Shown here piece after piece: positions 56,293 to 64,000 of a DNA stretch of 64,000 nucleotides. Position numbers and translations under genes: made by a program. Source of the DNA: Akkermansia sp. (lineage in GTDB: Bacteria > Verrucomicrobiota > Verrucomicrobiia > Verrucomicrobiales > Akkermansiaceae); contig JAGBDZ010000043.1 in NCBI GenBank assembly GCA_017937215.1, positions 41,174 through 105,173 on the forward strand. The letters run 5' to 3'. The stretch's first letter is position 1. Each line of letters begins with the position of its first letter. The notes beneath the pieces are model-generated. The model was given only the letters and a program-made list of their open reading frames with translations. It had not been told where the DNA came from and ran no database searches.

Positions 56293-57501
56293 ATGAGCTT
56301 TGTATATTTCTTTTTAACCGCATTGGTGAGCCTGGGCCTGGGTGCCCTGGTCGGTTATCTGGTGGCATCTCTGCGCCGCAAGGATGCCGATGCGCAGATT
56401 TCGACCCTGCTGCAGCAGAATGAGTTTCTGAAACAGCAGAACCGGATTGAGGAAACTCGCTGGCAGGAGCGCCTGCAGCAGCAGGAAGAGCGATTCGAGC
56501 AACTCTCCCGCCGCATCCTGGACCAGAATACCAGCCAGCTGAAAGCCAGCAGCGTGGAGCAGCTCGGCCATGTGATTCAGCCGCTCCGCGAGCAGTTGGA
56601 AGGCCTTCGCAAGTCCGTGACGGAGACCAATACCGGAAATGCTACCGCCCGCACCAGCATCGAAACCCTGGTGAAACAGCTCATGGAGCGCGCCGACGGT
56701 ATCAGCAAGGATGCAACGAACCTGACCCGCGCCCTCAAGGGCGACTCAAAAATGCAGGGCGACTGGGGCGAAATGATGCTTTCGCGTCTGCTGGAGAGCA
56801 GCGGCTTGCGTCCAGATGAGGAGTTCTGCACCCAGCTTAGTTTCAAAGATAAGAAAGGCAACATCTTCCGCCCTGATGTGGTGGTGAATCTGCCGGAGAA
56901 CCGCACCATCATCATCGACTCCAAGGTGTCGCTCACTGCCTATGCCCGCTGGGTGGAGCTGGATGCCGATGCCGCCCCCGCGGAGCGCGAGTCTGCGCTC
57001 AAGGCTCATGTGGAATCGGTGCGCAAACACATACAGGAACTGGCGGATAAGGACTACGTTTCCATCGTGCCCGGTTCCATTGGCCACGTGCTCATGTTCA
57101 TGCCGAATGAGTCGGCCTACATCGCGGCAGTACAGGCGCGCCCGGAGCTCGTGCGCGAGGCCTACAGCCGCGGCGTGCTGCTCATCAGCCCCACCAACCT
57201 GCTCATGGCGCTGCAGCTGGCATACAACCTGTGGCAGAAGGAGCGCCAGTCCCGCAATGTGCAGAATATCATCAGCCGCGCAGAATCGCTTTATAAGAAA
57301 TGCGTGACCGTCGGTTCCAGCATGGAGAAAATCAAGCGCTCCATCGATACCCTGAACAATGCCTATGAACAGGCCGAGGGGCAGTTCCGCTCCGGTCGCG
57401 GCAGCCTGTGCCGCCAGATTGACCAGCTCTGCGAGTTCGGTATCACTCCCGCCCGCCGCCTGGAACTCGAAGACCCCGCAGAAGAAACGACAGAAGCGTG
57501 A
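56293..57501 (+). CDS. rmuC: DNA recombination protein RmuC
   Basis: N-terminal TM + coiled coil, MQGDWGEMMLSRLLESSGL...RPDVVVNLPENRTIIIDSKVSLTAY. Confidence 0.9.
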   Translation: MSFVYFFLTALVSLGLGALVGYLVASLRRKDADAQISTLLQQNEFLKQQNRIEETRWQERLQQQEERFEQLSRRILDQNTSQLKASSVEQLGHVIQPLREQLEGLRKSVTETNTGNATARTSIETLVKQLMERADGISKDATNLTRALKGDSKMQGDWGEMMLSRLLESSGLRPDEEFCTQLSFKDKKGNIFRPDVVVNLPENRTIIIDSKVSLTAYARWVELDADAAPAERESALKAHVESVRKHIQELADKDYVSIVPGSIGHVLMFMPNESAYIAAVQARPELVREAYSRGVLLISPTNLLMALQLAYNLWQKERQSRNVQNIISRAESLYKKCVTVGSSMEKIKRSIDTLNNAYEQAEGQFRSGRGSLCRQIDQLCEFGITPARRLELEDPAEETTEA

Positions 57502-57633
57502 AATAACACCGCTTTCTGCGCTCTTTTGAGCCGATTTTGCTTGTTTACCCGCGAAAAAAAGGGTAAGGTGGTTCTGCACGATGATTGTTAGACGTCATGC
57601 GCAACATCGGCTTTTCATTTCCCTCGTATCATC

Positions 57634-58236
57634 ATGAATATCGGAAAATATCTCGATTGGCAGTTCCGCCCCACCACGTGGACCACGCTGGTGGTTGCGC
57701 TGGTGTGTCTCGTCTGTGCTTTTGTACTGCCGGATTCGTTCGGTAACAAGAACAGCCCCATCGAAAACGTGCAGATGCTGGTGGTGGCCATCGGCCTGTT
57801 TGTGACCTGCACAGCCCGCGACCGCAAGTGCCTGTACGTCTTTGCCTCTCTCTGCCTGTTCTTCATCCTGGCTCGAGAGGTGAATTACGGCCGCACCCTC
57901 TTCATCTTTGCCGACCCGGAGAACGCGAACAAGTACCCGAAGTGGAAGGATTTGGAATACGGCTGGCTGGCTCACGTCTGCGTGGGTATCTACATGCTGT
58001 GGCTGGTGGTGTACTTCGTCTGGCGCAAGGTGTGGAAAGAAGCCTGGGAGGTGCTGCAGACCATCCGCATCCCCGCCAGCGATGTACTGCTCGCTGTCCT
58101 GGGCATGGCTGTGGGCGTGGCATTTGAGTCACTGCACAACTGCCTGAGCGAGGAACTGGGCGAAGTAGTGCTTTACGTCGGCGGCGTGGGCATCCTTTAC
58201 CTGTACTCCCGCAATAAGCTGAAGCGTGTTGAGTAA
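57634..58236 (+). CDS. Hypothetical membrane protein
   Basis: 200-aa ORF, about 5 hydrophobic segments. Confidence 0.5.
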   Translation: MNIGKYLDWQFRPTTWTTLVVALVCLVCAFVLPDSFGNKNSPIENVQMLVVAIGLFVTCTARDRKCLYVFASLCLFFILAREVNYGRTLFIFADPENANKYPKWKDLEYGWLAHVCVGIYMLWLVVYFVWRKVWKEAWEVLQTIRIPASDVLLAVLGMAVGVAFESLHNCLSEELGEVVLYVGGVGILYLYSRNKLKRVE

Positions 58237-58242
58237 GCGGAA

Positions 58243-59157
58243 ATGAGGGCATTTCTGGCCATGTTGCTGGTCGGTGTGGCCGGTGCTGCCGAGTGGCTGA
58301 CCCGGCTGCCGGATGCACAGGCCGTCGCGCACCGGGAAAACAAGCTGATATTGGTGGATTTCACCGGTTCGGACTGGTGCGGCCCCTGCATTCAGCTGCG
58401 TCGCCAGGTGCTGGATACGCCCGCCTTTGAGAAGTATGCGGCAGATTCTCTGGTTCTGCTGGAGGTGGATATGCCCCAGCGGAAGAATTTTGATGCCGCA
58501 CTGAAAGCCCGGAATGAAGCGCTTTGCAAGCGCTTCGGTGTGCGTGGTTTCCCCACGGTGATGGTGCTGACACCCGGGGGAGAGGTTGTTGGCGGTTTTC
58601 CGCCTGGTTTGAAGTCAGTGGCAGATGCCTGTAAGGCGCTGGATCAGGCAAGGGAATCCGCCAGTGTGCTGCAGAAAGCGGATGCAGCCGGGGGAGCGCA
58701 GCGCGCGGCTCTTCTGGCTCAGGTTTATCGGGCACTTCCTGCCGGCAAATCCTTTGATGCCGCGCGCGCTGCACTGCGGGAACAGATTCGCAAGGCTTCT
58801 CCCCAGGACGTAACCGGTCTCCTGGCTGCCGGTGAGGTGCAGACGCAGGCGGAGCGTTTTGACAAAGAACGTTGCGCTTTCGCACCGAACGACCCCCGCC
58901 TGGCTCCGATTCTGGAGCGCCAGCTGGCTGAAGCTCTGCCGGAAAACCGCCCCGACGTGCTGCGCGCCAAGGTGCAGTATGGCATGGCTGTGGCTGAGAG
59001 TGTGGAGGAGCTGGAGGTGGTCCGCCGCCAGCTTCAGGAGCTTATTCCCCAGCTGCCGCCGGATGATGCCGCCGCAGACCAGCATCTGCTGGACCATTTC
59101 TTCCAGGATTTACCCACTCTGCTCAATACGCTGCGTCGCAGTCGTCAGGGATACTGA
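58243..59157 (+). CDS. Secreted thioredoxin-family protein with helical C-terminal domain
   Basis: DFTGSDWCGPCIQL (WCGPC active site); signal peptide. Confidence 0.8.
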   Translation: MRAFLAMLLVGVAGAAEWLTRLPDAQAVAHRENKLILVDFTGSDWCGPCIQLRRQVLDTPAFEKYAADSLVLLEVDMPQRKNFDAALKARNEALCKRFGVRGFPTVMVLTPGGEVVGGFPPGLKSVADACKALDQARESASVLQKADAAGGAQRAALLAQVYRALPAGKSFDAARAALREQIRKASPQDVTGLLAAGEVQTQAERFDKERCAFAPNDPRLAPILERQLAEALPENRPDVLRAKVQYGMAVAESVEELEVVRRQLQELIPQLPPDDAAADQHLLDHFFQDLPTLLNTLRRSRQGY

Positions 59158-59209
59158 GTTGGTACAGAAATTGAACGATAACGGACTAAACTGTTTCTAA
59201 CTATTTGTT

Positions 59210-60751
59210 ATGAGTACAAAGATGAGTGACCCGACCTGGTGGCGACTGGGCTGGGTGCCGTATGTGGTGCTGATGATGGTGGCCGCAGCGGCAGATTTGT
59301 GTTTTCCTTTATGGCGGGATTCTGCCTTTGATTCCCATGGCATCGGCGCCGGTATCGGCGTGTTGTTGTTCATTGGTGCCATTCTGCTGTTGCGCCGCGA
59401 TTTTACGTGTCGCGAGCTGGTCTTTCTTGTGTTGCTGGGGGTGATTGGTTTTGCCGGGCTGCTGGTGAGCGGTAATTCTGTCTGCTGGCTGGTGGCGCTG
59501 ACCTTGCCATTTTTTGTGATTATGTTTGGTTCCGGCAAGGAATTGCCGGAGGAGCAGGGGGTGGAATACCGCAGCTGGTGGGGCTTCTGGCGCGACCGCC
59601 GCGGGCAGTTGAATGGCAGCTTCTGGCGCCGCATTCTACCCTCTCTCATCAGTGTTCTGGTGGGTGTCGTCTGCTTTGTGGCCTTCCTCTGCATTTTTGC
59701 CAGCGGTAACCCGGTGGTCCAGCTCGTGTGGGACTTCATCACGACCTGGTGGAACCGCCTCATGGAGTATCTGCAAATCAGCTGGGATTTCTGGCTCCAT
59801 GCCATCGTGTGGGCGCTGGGCATCCTGGGCTTCGGTATCTTCACCGTGCAGCGCCCGCCGGTGGATGTGACCCGCCTGCCGGAGGTGCCGGAGGACACGG
59901 AATCTCGTGGCAACAGCATGCTGCCGCACCTTCCGCTCATGATTCTGCTGGGCGTGAATCTGGCCTTCCTGGTAGCCACCGGCACAGATATTGCCTTCCT
60001 CTGGTTCCGCCGCGTGCCGGAGGGCATTTCCCAGACCGCCTACCTGTACGAAGGTGCCGAATCTATCGTGTGGGCTTCGCTACTGGCTGCTGTGCTGCTT
60101 ATTTATTTCTTCCGCCGCCGAGGCAGTGTGCGCCACACGGTGGTGGCCCGCTCTCTCGGTTTTGTGCTGGTGGGGCAGACTTTCCTGCTGGCCGCCAGTG
60201 TGTATGTGCGCCTGTATAACCAGATTCTGGCCTATTCATTTACGCCGCGCCGCGTGCTGGCGGCGGAGGCCCTGCTGCTGGGTGTGGCGGGCTTGGTGAT
60301 TCTGCTTTGCTACATGCTCAGCTGTGGCGGTTTCCTGCGCCATTTCCGCATTTGCATCGGCACACTGGGGCTCATGGGGCTGACCTTTGCCATCTGCTCA
60401 CCTGCATCCCTCTCCGGCGATTTGAACCTGCGTTACGCTGCTCAGAATCCGCAGTGGAAGTTCTCTACGGCTGATTTCAAGAATGGCTGCTTTGAAATGG
60501 AGGAAAACCTGGGCTTTGCTCTGTATGTATATGAGCAGCAGAAAGCTCGATTCAAAGAATCCTTGGACCTCAACTCGGATGAGTACAAGCTTTCGGGATT
60601 CCAGGCCCGTCTGAAGATGGCTGCACTTGCGCTGGAGCAGCGCCAGCATTCCTGGACCACCTGGACGCTGCGTTCCTACTGGGACCGCCGCGCGGCAGAG
60701 TACATCCTGGGGCGCCCCATTGCCGCACAACCGGTGGAATCGACGCATTGA
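59210..60751 (+). CDS. Hypothetical polytopic membrane protein (DUF4153/DUF4173-like)
   Basis: 513-aa ORF with >10 hydrophobic segments; the family name is a low-confidence recollection. Confidence 0.55.
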   Translation: MSTKMSDPTWWRLGWVPYVVLMMVAAAADLCFPLWRDSAFDSHGIGAGIGVLLFIGAILLLRRDFTCRELVFLVLLGVIGFAGLLVSGNSVCWLVALTLPFFVIMFGSGKELPEEQGVEYRSWWGFWRDRRGQLNGSFWRRILPSLISVLVGVVCFVAFLCIFASGNPVVQLVWDFITTWWNRLMEYLQISWDFWLHAIVWALGILGFGIFTVQRPPVDVTRLPEVPEDTESRGNSMLPHLPLMILLGVNLAFLVATGTDIAFLWFRRVPEGISQTAYLYEGAESIVWASLLAAVLLIYFFRRRGSVRHTVVARSLGFVLVGQTFLLAASVYVRLYNQILAYSFTPRRVLAAEALLLGVAGLVILLCYMLSCGGFLRHFRICIGTLGLMGLTFAICSPASLSGDLNLRYAAQNPQWKFSTADFKNGCFEMEENLGFALYVYEQQKARFKESLDLNSDEYKLSGFQARLKMAALALEQRQHSWTTWTLRSYWDRRAAEYILGRPIAAQPVESTH

Positions 60752-60752
60752 G

Positions 60753-61280
60753 ATGATTGTTACCCGAATCCGGTCTTCCGCGCATCCGCTGGCTGGGGAG
60801 TGGTGGCAGTTGTATGAATCTGCCTTCCCCGCCTGCGAGCGCCGCGGATATAAGCGGCACGCCGAAGCACTGGGCGATGCCGCCTTCCATTGTCTGCACC
60901 TGGCCGATGCGGCGGGCTTTGTCGGGCTGCTGAGTTACTGGATGCTGGATGGCCTGGCCTATGTGGAGCACCTGGCTATTGCGGCAGCGCGCCGGGGGCA
61001 GGGGCTTGGTCACCGGGCCCTGCAACTGGTGCCGGAACCGTTCATTCTGGAGATTGAGCCGGTGGTGGATGCGGCCACGGCCCGCCGGCTCTCCTTTTAT
61101 GAATCCTGCGGACTGGTGCGATTGCCCCAGCCGCATGTGCAGCCGGCCTACCAGAGCGGCCAGCCGGATGTCCCCCTCTGGCTGCTCAGCCGCCCGGCTC
61201 TCGATGCCGCCGCCGTGGCCCGCTTCGAGGAAATGTTCCTTACCGTTCCCATGCGTTACCGTGACGCGGACTCGAGGTAG
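60753..61280 (+). CDS. GNAT-family N-acetyltransferase
   Basis: VEHLAIAAARRGQGLGHRAL motif; ATG 1 nt after the upstream stop. Confidence 0.75.
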   Translation: MIVTRIRSSAHPLAGEWWQLYESAFPACERRGYKRHAEALGDAAFHCLHLADAAGFVGLLSYWMLDGLAYVEHLAIAAARRGQGLGHRALQLVPEPFILEIEPVVDAATARRLSFYESCGLVRLPQPHVQPAYQSGQPDVPLWLLSRPALDAAAVARFEEMFLTVPMRYRDADSR

Positions 61281-61334
61281 AAACAAAGGGAGCAATTTGC
61301 TCAGGATGCCCCATCGTTAGCGTGATGCGTTTGA

Positions 61335-61443
61335 AAAATTGGCAGTTGTCGGGGCAACTTTGTCGAAGCACGGGACTTTAGTCCCGATTAAATGCACCGT
61401 GATTTCGGGACTGAAGTCCCGTGCTCCGAAAACGATAAACATC
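61335..61443 (+). repeat. Nested-hairpin interspersed repeat, copy 4
   Basis: AACTTTGTCGAAGCACGGGACTTTAGTCCCGATTAAATGCACCGTGATTTCGGGACTGAAGTCCCGTGCTCCGA.AACGATAAACATC is identical to copy 1 except one base. Confidence 0.9.
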
Positions 61444-61469
61444 TTTATCGAGCTGAAAGGGGGGCTGTT

Positions 61470-61503
61470 GGTGTTTCCGTTGCTTACAAAATCTTTGAGA
61501 CAC
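61470..61503 (+). repeat. Third copy (29/34) of the 34-bp unit that brackets tRNA-Leu
   Basis: GGTGTTTCCGTTGCTTACAAAATCTTTGAGACAC versus GATGTTTCTATTGCTAACAAAATCTTTGGGACAC; 76 nt upstream of ilvD. Confidence 0.8.
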
Positions 61504-61578
61504 CCGCGTGATGGGTGCAAATTACTGCAAAAATTTTGGCTGGTAATTTGATTAGAATTATGATAAGGTCGCCGCGCT

Positions 61579-63246
61579 ATGTTATCAGATCGTACCAAGG
61601 CAGGTATTCAGCGTGCGCCGCATCGTAGTCTGATGCGCGCCACGGGCATGACGGATGAGGACATCAAGAAGCCGTTTATTGCCATTTGCAACTCTTTCAA
61701 CGAGGTGATTCCCGGCCACGTGCACCTCAACAAGGTGGCTGAGCTTATCAAGGACGAGGTGCGCAAAGCCGGTGGCACTCCCATTGAGTTCAACCTCATC
61801 GGCGTGTGCGATGGTATTGCCATGGCGCACCAGGGTATGAAGTTCTCCCTGGCCAGCCGCGAGCTGATTGCTGACAGCGTGGAGACCATGCTCTCCGCCC
61901 ACGCGTTCGATGCCTGCATCTGCATTCCGAACTGCGACAAGATCGTGCCCGGTATGGTGATGGGGGCGCTGCGCTGCAATATCCCGACCATTTTCTGCAG
62001 CGGTGGCCCCATGGCTGTGGGCAAGGGCCGCAATGGCGAGGCCCTGGACCTCAACAGCGTGTTCGAGGCCGTGGCTGCCTGCACCGCCGGTAAGATTACG
62101 GAAGACGAGCTGCACTACGTGGAGTGCCACGCCTGCCCGAGCGCCGGTTCCTGCAGCGGCATGTTCACGGCCAATTCCATGAACTGCCTGTGCGAGGTGC
62201 TGGGTCTGGCTCTGCCGGGCAACGGTACGCTGCTGGCGCTTTCCGAGGAACGCAAGGAATTCTGGCGCGCTGCAGCCCGCCGCGCCGTGGAGATGGCCAA
62301 GCAGGGCGGCCCGCTGCCCCGCGACCTCATCACCGAGGCCGCCATCGACAACGTGTTCACCTGCGACATGGCCATGGGCGGCTCCTCCAACACTGTGCTG
62401 CACACCCTGGCATTCGCAGCCGAGGCCGGCTTTGAGTATGACCTGAAGCGCATCGACGAGATTTCCCGCCGCACCCCGAACATCTGCAAGGTAGCCCCCA
62501 GCTCCCGCTACCACATGCACGACGTGCTGCGCGCCGGTGGCATCATGACCATTCTGGCCGAAATCAACAAGATTCCCGGTGCCCTGAACACCAATGTGCC
62601 CACCGTGAGCGGCAAGACCCTGGGTGAGCAGATCGAGGGCCTTTCCACGCAGGACCCCGCCGTCATCCGCACGCTGGACAACGCCTACTCCAAGGATGGC
62701 GGCCTGGCTGTGCTCTTCGGCAACCTGGCAGAGCAGGGCGCCATTGTGAAGAAGGCCGGCGTGCTGCCTGAGATGATGGTGCACCGCGGCCCGGCTGTGA
62801 TTTTTGAGAGCCAGGAGGAAGCCTGCGCCGGTATTCTGGCGGATAAGGTGAAACCCGGCGATGTAGTGGTCATTCGCAACGAAGGCCCGAAGGGCGGCCC
62901 CGGCATGCAGGAAATGCTGGCCCCCACCAGCTACATCATGGGCAAGGGCCTGGGCAACTGCGTGGCTCTCATTACCGATGGACGATTCTCCGGCGCCACG
63001 CACGGCGCCTGCATCGGCCACGTTTCCCCGGAGGCTGCCGAGGGTGGCCTCATCGGTCTGCTGAAGGATGGCGACATCATCAGCATCGACATTCCTGCCC
63101 GCAGCATGAATGTGGAGTTGAGCGACGAAGAAATCGCCGCCCGCCGCGCCGTATGGCAGCCCACCATGCAGGAAATCCCCAGCAAGTGGCTCAAGCGCTA
63201 CCGCAAGCTTGCCACCAATGCCAGCAAGGGTGCCGTCCTCGCATGA
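61579..63246 (+). CDS. ilvD: Dihydroxy-acid dehydratase
   Basis: 555 aa; [54 protein letters not shown] motifs. Confidence 0.97.
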   Translation: MLSDRTKAGIQRAPHRSLMRATGMTDEDIKKPFIAICNSFNEVIPGHVHLNKVAELIKDEVRKAGGTPIEFNLIGVCDGIAMAHQGMKFSLASRELIADSVETMLSAHAFDACICIPNCDKIVPGMVMGALRCNIPTIFCSGGPMAVGKGRNGEALDLNSVFEAVAACTAGKITEDELHYVECHACPSAGSCSGMFTANSMNCLCEVLGLALPGNGTLLALSEERKEFWRAAARRAVEMAKQGGPLPRDLITEAAIDNVFTCDMAMGGSSNTVLHTLAFAAEAGFEYDLKRIDEISRRTPNICKVAPSSRYHMHDVLRAGGIMTILAEINKIPGALNTNVPTVSGKTLGEQIEGLSTQDPAVIRTLDNAYSKDGGLAVLFGNLAEQGAIVKKAGVLPEMMVHRGPAVIFESQEEACAGILADKVKPGDVVVIRNEGPKGGPGMQEMLAPTSYIMGKGLGNCVALITDGRFSGATHGACIGHVSPEAAEGGLIGLLKDGDIISIDIPARSMNVELSDEEIAARRAVWQPTMQEIPSKWLKRYRKLATNASKGAVLA

Positions 63247-63274
63247 CACTGACACACGACCCCGAAACCAAATT

Positions 63275-64000
63275 ATGAGTGATACCAAACAGAACTTCAT
63301 CGTCAAGTATTTCTCCGAATTCGGAGTGCTCCGCGAGTGTGGTAAGAACTTCTGGCTCACGAACTTCATCCAGTTCTTCGACGGCCTGTCGTACTTCACG
63401 CTCATCATCGTGTTCTCCCTGTTCCTGAACAAGTACTGCGGCTTCCGCGATGCGGACGCCCCGTACTGGGTGGGCATGTACACGCTGTTCATCTCCCTGT
63501 TCGTGTTCGCAGTGGGTACCATCTGCGATATCATCGGTCTGCGCCGCACCTACCTCATCGGCTTCACCCTGCTTATCGGCGGGCGCCTGATTCTGGGCAT
63601 GGGCACGGACTTCGGCACCGAGGTGCTGCAGCTCAGCCAGGATGCCTCCCGCTACTTCGTGATGGCCGGTATCGGCATCATGTCCTTCGGCACGGCCTTC
63701 ATGAGCCCCTGCATCACAACCTCCATCCGCCGCTTCACCACGCTGCGCGCCCGCCCCACCGGGTTCAACTTCTATTACCTGTTCATGAACATCGGTGCTC
63801 TGCTGGCCGGCTTCGCCATCGTGGACCCGCTGCTCAAGTGGCAGGGCGATATCGATGGCCTGCTGTGGGTCATCAACTTCGGCACGGCCTGCAACTGCAT
63901 TGCTTTCGTGTTCACCCGCTTCATTGATGAGGACTTCTTCGCCGTGCCGGAGGAACGCATTGTGAAGACGGAGAAATCCGCCCAGCGCCCGCTGCAGCTC
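63275..64000 (+). CDS. MFS transporter (possibly POT/peptide-type), N-terminal 242 codons; continues beyond window end
   Basis: Own translation MSDTKQNFIVKYFSEFGVLRECGKNFWLTNFIQFFDGLSYFTLIIVFSLF...GTICDIIGLRRTY: successive TM helices with an MFS-like loop motif. Confidence 0.7.
   Translation, partial: MSDTKQNFIVKYFSEFGVLRECGKNFWLTNFIQFFDGLSYFTLIIVFSLFLNKYCGFRDADAPYWVGMYTLFISLFVFAVGTICDIIGLRRTYLIGFTLLIGGRLILGMGTDFGTEVLQLSQDASRYFVMAGIGIMSFGTAFMSPCITTSIRRFTTLRARPTGFNFYYLFMNIGALLAGFAIVDPLLKWQGDIDGLLWVINFGTACNCIAFVFTRFIDEDFFAVPEERIVKTEKSAQRPLQL

Overview
This is a 64-kb chromosomal window from a high-GC bacterium. The gene content (many Sel1-repeat proteins, a PVC-type small basic protein, secreted glycoside hydrolases, an IdeS-like protease) suggests a Verrucomicrobiota or Akkermansia-like glycan forager; that is inference only. 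I support about 57 protein genes, 1 frameshifted gene and 2 tRNAs. Core genes are pflB (partial), an M3 peptidase, GH18, alr, mfd, tRNA-Arg(TCT), an SNF2 helicase, tRNA-Leu(TAA), a GH-D-like hydrolase, a GH2 beta-galactosidase, an RluB-like pseudouridine synthase, dnaK-groES-groEL, pdxA, rpoA-rplQ, a PEtN transferase, rmuC, a thioredoxin-family protein, ilvD and a partial MFS transporter. There are two accessory regions. (1) An AbiEi/AbiEii type IV toxin-antitoxin module with a 17-bp inverted-repeat operator lies at 6.35-7.9 kb. (2) A visibly AT-richer mosaic island lies at about 39.8-48.5 kb between groEL and a 3D-domain gene. It carries an Abi_2 gene, an orphan DUF6088 (AbiEi-like) gene, a very AT-rich AIPR gene, a DpnI-family nuclease frameshifted at a (CG)4 tract with a co-oriented 84-aa ORF, a 577-aa polytopic membrane protein and a tyrosine recombinase. 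This island is my best candidate for an undescribed or unassigned defence locus. Other signals are an interspersed nested-hairpin repeat family (4 copies plus fragments), a perfect 34-bp inverted repeat bracketing tRNA-Leu, and a near-consensus sigma54 -24/-12 element with upstream dyad repeats in front of dnaK. There are also an IdeS/Mac-family protease homolog beside tRNA-Arg, and a YlbF-like protein with a Cys/His-rich tail coupled to the PEtN transferase. All function calls rest on motifs I recognised by eye; no database search was run.
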